DNA of 29,256 nt from a virus. Taxonomy: Duplodnaviria; Caudoviricetes. A program made the position numbers and the translations under genes. Positions within the stretch are counted from its first letter, which is position 1; every line of letters starts with the position of its first letter. Positions 25,372 through 29,256 of the stretch are shown piece after piece. The DNA is taken from the IMG/VR virus record IMGVR_UViG_3300023105_000131, positions 1 through 29,256 of that record; one strand, given 5' to 3'. The notes under the pieces were generated by a model. The model did no database searches, was not told the origin of the DNA, and saw nothing but the letters and a program-made list of their open reading frames with translations.

Positions 25372-26375
25372 AGGGAATTATATATATCTACTAGCAGTTT
25401 TTTATCTATCATTTCGCTGTCAACAGCATTAAGGCTATTATACACTATCTGGTCAACATTTTCAACCTCTAAATCGTCTACTTGTCGCCAATCCTGTGCA
25501 TGTTCTTCCTTTTTACTTGGCATAAGTGTGATGTCACGTAAATTATACTGGTTAGCAAATGTTTCTTTAATAAAATTTGCTTCTTCATATGTAATGTTTA
25601 CATCTAGTACTGCACGACAGTATGTTTTGTTGTTTAATATTCTATCTGCATCGTCAATAAGAGCACTGAGTGGGGTGGTTCTATATCTTGGACCGTCAAA
25701 GTCGATATATTCAGGCTCACCACCCCACGTCAGCTTCATCATACCACGATCATCGTCCCAAGCGTCAGCATAGTTGTGCGGAAAAGGAGACCCTAAGTAA
25801 TGAATATTACCTTTTTGCTGTCGTTTGTGAAAATGTCCGCTAAACACGTATTCTGGCCCTAAAAGGTGCTCAGTGTTTAGCCCGCCGTGGTCCGGCATCT
25901 CTACCATTGCATTCATTTTAAAATAAGGAAGCTCAAAATGTCCAAACATATAACGAGCTTTTATTTTATTAATCTTTTTCCACTCATCACCAACTAACCA
26001 GGGTACAAGTGCAACGTCATCTTGTACGAGTGTGTCTTCAATTAATGTTACATTGTTGAATAACCCAGCATAAGGCAAACTGTTAAGGTCTCGCTTCTCT
26101 CGATAGTACAGATCGTGGTTTCCCATAATCATATACACATGTTCAAAGTTTTCGCTTAGTTTGCGAACGTTTTCTACGCTGTAGTTAAGGGTGCTTACAT
26201 TAACACCAGCTCTGTGATGGTGCCAGTCACCTAAAAATATACAAGTTTCACAGTCTTCACTTTGTTGGATAAACCAATTAATAAAGTCTTGACAGTCATT
26301 ATTATGCTGTCTACTATTATTTTTGTTGCCAAAGTGAATGTCTGTAAAACAGGCGGCTCGATTAAAAAATGTCAT
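25368..26375 (-). CDS. gp47: Recombination endonuclease nuclease subunit (gp47; Mre11/SbcD-like)
   Basis: Metallophosphoesterase motifs DIHFG, LGDWHH, GNHD, GHFE, SGHFH; ATGA overlap with gp46. Confidence 0.93.
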   Translation of the reverse strand: MTFFNRAACFTDIHFGNKNNSRQHNNDCQDFINWFIQQSEDCETCIFLGDWHHHRAGVNVSTLNYSVENVRKLSENFEHVYMIMGNHDLYYREKRDLNSLPYAGLFNNVTLIEDTLVQDDVALVPWLVGDEWKKINKIKARYMFGHFELPYFKMNAMVEMPDHGGLNTEHLLGPEYVFSGHFHKRQQKGNIHYLGSPFPHNYADAWDDDRGMMKLTWGGEPEYIDFDGPRYRTTPLSALIDDADRILNNKTYCRAVLDVNITYEEANFIKETFANQYNLRDITLMPSKKEEHAQDWRQVDDLEVENVDQIVYNSLNAVDSEMIDKKLLVDIYNSL

Positions 26376-26381
26376 AAGTTC

Positions 26382-26410
26382 AGAATATAACTAACCTGTT
26401 GATAAGTCAA
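26382..26410 (-). promoter_or_regulatory. Sigma70-type promoter TTGACT-N17-TATTCT, 6 nt before the gp47 ATG
   Basis: -35 at 26410-26405, -10 at 26387-26382; no SD before the ATG. Confidence 0.5.
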
Positions 26411-27289
26411 CTAGAAATTAGACCCAGTTGCTTCTTTACGTTCTTTTTCCATTTGCTCATCCCACTTAGCTTTTTCAGCAGCTTCATGATCAAGTTGTCT
26501 ACTAAAACTAGGATTAAATCCATTTTCTTGTAACAAGTCATCTCTAATGTTTTGGTTACGTTTTTCCAAGTTTAGTATTCTTGTAAAACTATTAGTTACA
26601 ACGGCGGTGTAATATGCAAATGGGTTTTGGCTCTTTGCTTCGTTAAATTTTAAGCCAATTTGACTTAGTTGAAGCAGTGCATGACTGCGCATTTCATCTA
26701 CATATGTATAACCTCTCCAGTTACTACGCATACTATAACGCTCACACAGTTTGATATACATTTTTGCAAGTTCATTTGTTGTTTTTCCATGCTGTGTATT
26801 AAATTTACCATTGTCTAGACCACCTTCCCAATGGCTACGAACTACTTCACGCATTTCACCACTGTGTGTTGCATAATGCTTGAATGGCGGAAAGTTAGTT
26901 TTTGCATGTAAGTCAGCTTCAGACTTTGGGTTAGTTTTTCTTTTAGGTTCTTCAGGAACGTGCTCAAAAGTCATAACACGATATATAAGTGTATTTGGAT
27001 CAATATCGTCTGGGCTAACACGTGAGTCAGCCTGTTTAGGTTTATCTTTAGCTTTTCTTCCGTTTTCTTGCCATTCTCTGTATGAACGTTCGTAACCTTC
27101 ACTGCTTAATTGGTGTGCTCTATTTTCTTTTGCTTGTTGAACAACTGCAGGATCAAAAATATCCTGGTAGTCTTCTACAATGATGTCAAATCTAGAATAT
27201 TCATCATCTAGCAAGTAACAATATGTCATTTTGCTTTTGTGTATTTCTTTTAGCATATCTTTATTGTTTAGATAATTTTGTTTCCTCAT
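26411..27289 (-). CDS. gp55: Late-transcription sigma factor, gp55-like
   Basis: NYLNNKDML; ELAKMYIKLCERYSMRSNWRGYTYVDEM; KFNEAKSQNPFAYYT....NSF.RIL..EK; gene order gp55-gp47-gp46 as in T4-like phages. Confidence 0.85.
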   Translation of the reverse strand: MRKQNYLNNKDMLKEIHKSKMTYCYLLDDEYSRFDIIVEDYQDIFDPAVVQQAKENRAHQLSSEGYERSYREWQENGRKAKDKPKQADSRVSPDDIDPNTLIYRVMTFEHVPEEPKRKTNPKSEADLHAKTNFPPFKHYATHSGEMREVVRSHWEGGLDNGKFNTQHGKTTNELAKMYIKLCERYSMRSNWRGYTYVDEMRSHALLQLSQIGLKFNEAKSQNPFAYYTAVVTNSFTRILNLEKRNQNIRDDLLQENGFNPSFSRQLDHEAAEKAKWDEQMEKERKEATGSNF

Positions 27290-27313
27290 TAAAAATTCCT
27301 TTAAATCTTTTAT

Positions 27314-27341
27314 ATTATAACATTGTCAAATAAAATGTCAA
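27314..27341 (-). promoter_or_regulatory. Consensus sigma70 promoter TTGACA-N16-TATAAT with extended -10 TG, upstream of gp55
   Basis: -35 at 27341-27336, -10 at 27319-27314; AGGA SD before the ATG at 27289. Confidence 0.75.
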
Positions 27342-27366
27342 CATTAAAATAGCACTTTACAAAACA

Positions 27367-27373
27367 ATAAATA
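27367..27373 (+). promoter_or_regulatory. T4-type late promoter ATAAATA
   Basis: CAATAAATAGT followed by an AGGAG SD and the ATG at 27392. Confidence 0.7.
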
Positions 27374-27391
27374 GTCATATAGGAGACTACT

Positions 27392-27982
27392 ATGAGATAC
27401 TCACAACTTATCGAAGCACCTGCAAATAATATCGCCGTGTTTTATGGCGGTAGGTTTCAACCTATGCACAGTGGACACAATAAAGTGTATATGAACCTTG
27501 TACGCAAGTTTGGTAGTGATAACGTATTTATCGCTACTATGGTTGGTAAGAATGCAACACCAGAAAAAGACCCTTTTACTTTTGATGAAAAGAAAATGTT
27601 AATGCAAAAAATGTTTGGTATACCAGGATCAAACATTATTAATACTATGCCTTATAGACCAGATGTTTCTGCTGCTGGCAGAGACCCAAATAACACAGCA
27701 CTAATAGTTGTGTTTAGCGAAAAAGACGCTGGTAGACTCCAACCAGGAAACTATTTTAAAATGTATAGTGATGGTGAACAATTGTTGTCAAGTGACGAAG
27801 CAGGATACATTTATACTGTGCCTGTTGAAGATGACGGACGCAGTGCAACTACATTCCGTAATGCTATGCGTATGCCAGGATTAACTGAAAAGCAAAAGCA
27901 AGAAGCATTTGAAGATTTTTTTGGTAATTTTAATCCAGAAATATATGATTTTGTTAAGGACAAATTAAATGTCGGTAAGTGA
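27392..27982 (+). CDS. Cytidylyltransferase-like (HxGH) nucleotidyltransferase
   Basis: AVFYGGRFQPMHSGH; DPFTFDEKK; RSATTFR resembles the ISAT.IR motif of NMNAT/PPAT-type enzymes. Confidence 0.75.
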   Translation: MRYSQLIEAPANNIAVFYGGRFQPMHSGHNKVYMNLVRKFGSDNVFIATMVGKNATPEKDPFTFDEKKMLMQKMFGIPGSNIINTMPYRPDVSAAGRDPNNTALIVVFSEKDAGRLQPGNYFKMYSDGEQLLSSDEAGYIYTVPVEDDGRSATTFRNAMRMPGLTEKQKQEAFEDFFGNFNPEIYDFVKDKLNVGK

Positions 27983-28571
27983 CAATAAACGAGCAAGGTT
28001 AACAGTACGTGGAAGTAGTGGCTTTTATTTTGGAGGCCCTGCAGTTGCGCTTACACCTACACAAGGAATAGTTTTTCCTAACCAGCCAGATATTGTTTAC
28101 AACCAAAGTGTAAATTACACTCCGTACAACTTAACACACACAAACTATACAACGTATGCATATGCAAGTACTCCTAGTCCTACACTACAGATTACTGCAC
28201 AGTTTAGTAACGTAACTGCAGAAGAACACAGATATACACAAGGTGTAATACACTTTTTACGCAGTGTAACTAAAATGTTTTATGGTTTGGGCGATGTACC
28301 ACAAACACCAACAGCAGGTACTCCACCGCCTGTACTAAGTTTCAGCGCATTCGGAGAAACACAATTTAACCAAGTACCAGTTGTTGTTGGAAATGTTAGT
28401 ATACCCTATCAAAGTGACACTGATTTAGTTGAGCATGAAGGTGCTGCACTACCAGCAGTACAAACCGTTGCATTAGATCTGCTAGTAACTGTAAATCCTG
28501 CAAAACAAAAACAACAATTTAGTAAAACTGCTTTTGTAAATGGTAATTTATATCAGGGAGGATTTATTTAA
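27969..28571 (+). CDS. Baseplate tail-tube initiator/cap-like protein (gp48/gp54-like)
   Basis: GIVFP.QP; HFLRSVTKMFYG; GTPPPVLSFSAFG...F..VPVVV resembles tube-initiator folds; directly upstream of the gp53-like gene. Confidence 0.55.
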   Translation: MSVSDNKRARLTVRGSSGFYFGGPAVALTPTQGIVFPNQPDIVYNQSVNYTPYNLTHTNYTTYAYASTPSPTLQITAQFSNVTAEEHRYTQGVIHFLRSVTKMFYGLGDVPQTPTAGTPPPVLSFSAFGETQFNQVPVVVGNVSIPYQSDTDLVEHEGAALPAVQTVALDLLVTVNPAKQKQQFSKTAFVNGNLYQGGFI

Positions 28572-28870
28572 TGACAGCCTATAAAGACTCTAGTAATTAT
28601 TCAGCAACAAAAATGAATAGAAAATACTTAGATGTTTATTCTCCTAAAATTACAATAGACAATTTAAGTCAAGAAACTAAAAAAATTCGAGTAGGCAACA
28701 GGTATAATAGACGTCCTGACCTATTAGCATTTGATATGTACGGCAATGCCAGATATTGGTGGATATTTGTACACTATAACAGAGACATTTTAAAGGATCC
28801 AATAAATGATTTTGTTGCAGGAACTATTATTAATGTCCCTAGCAAGAAAATAGCTACTGGAGTTAGTTAA
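28571..28870 (+). CDS. gp53: Baseplate wedge protein, gp53/LysM-like
   Basis: YNRRPDLLAFDMYGNARYWWIF...N...DPI.DF..G..I.VP. Confidence 0.75.
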   Translation: MTAYKDSSNYSATKMNRKYLDVYSPKITIDNLSQETKKIRVGNRYNRRPDLLAFDMYGNARYWWIFVHYNRDILKDPINDFVAGTIINVPSKKIATGVS

Positions 28871-29256
28871 TGGTTCAAACTAAAGACGGAGCACCATCCC
28901 TTGAAGCACAACTTGGGTTTCTCGTTAATGAAATGGGAACAGGTAATGGCGGAAACGTTAATGATTACCTAAACCCAAACATGAGTTCACGTGACGCTGC
29001 AATAGCATTTGAACAGCGTTACGAAAGAAGTGGCGGTTCTGCACTTAACAGAAGAATAAACAATGCAACAGAAGTTAGACAGGCAGCAACTAACGGAACA
29101 CTGTCTTCTATTAGCCCTAACGTAGCTACATCATACAATTACCTAGTAAGTCGAGGATACACACCAAACCAAGCTGCCGGGATTGTTGGAAACTTAATGG
29201 CAGAAAGCGGCAGGAATCTAGATCCAAACGCATTTAATCCAGCGGGTGGTAATTTA
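28870..29256 (+). CDS. Baseplate-associated protein with a phage tail lysozyme (Phage_lysozyme2-like) domain, truncated by the window edge
   Basis: Not in the ORF track; translated by hand from the TAATG overlap: MVQTKDGAPSLEAQLGFLVNEM...AAIAFEQRYERSGG...RRINNA...YNYLVSRGYTPNQAAGIVGNLMAESGRNLDPNA. Confidence 0.75.
   Translation, partial: MVQTKDGAPSLEAQLGFLVNEMGTGNGGNVNDYLNPNMSSRDAAIAFEQRYERSGGSALNRRINNATEVRQAATNGTLSSISPNVATSYNYLVSRGYTPNQAAGIVGNLMAESGRNLDPNAFNPAGGNL

Noticed and set aside
1-29256. CRISPR array, tRNA genes, IS or transposase
   Set aside because: I found no regularly spaced direct repeats, cloverleaf structures or transposase motifs by inspection.

Overview
This window is a low-GC (about 35-37% by eye) fragment of a large T4-like tailed-phage genome, probably from an uncultured aquatic myovirus; the host cannot be determined from the sequence. 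From left to right, the minus strand carries a cluster of large repeat-rich virion/fibre genes with a heme oxygenase and an S8 protease embedded in it. Next come a ~370-nt non-coding unit with its own sigma70 promoter and terminator, the head module (gp23 capsid, gp22 scaffold, gp21 protease, an acidic core protein, gp20 portal) and a tape-measure-like gene. A divergent gp26-like gene follows, with a probable -1 frameshift extension. After it lie a minimal GIY-YIG nuclease gene with a ~360-nt highly structured non-coding tract directly downstream, a eukaryote-type phosphomannomutase, gp46/gp47 and the gp55 late sigma factor. The window ends with a plus-strand operon (HxGH nucleotidyltransferase, tube-initiator-like protein, gp53-like protein, tail lysozyme). 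T4-type late promoters (ATAAATA) precede most structural units. The most interesting candidates are the two large structured non-coding RNAs (one coupled to the GIY-YIG gene), the frameshift, a circularly permuted tail lysozyme and a possibly capsid-packaged nucleotidyltransferase. All calls come from reading motifs by eye; no database search or folding program was run.
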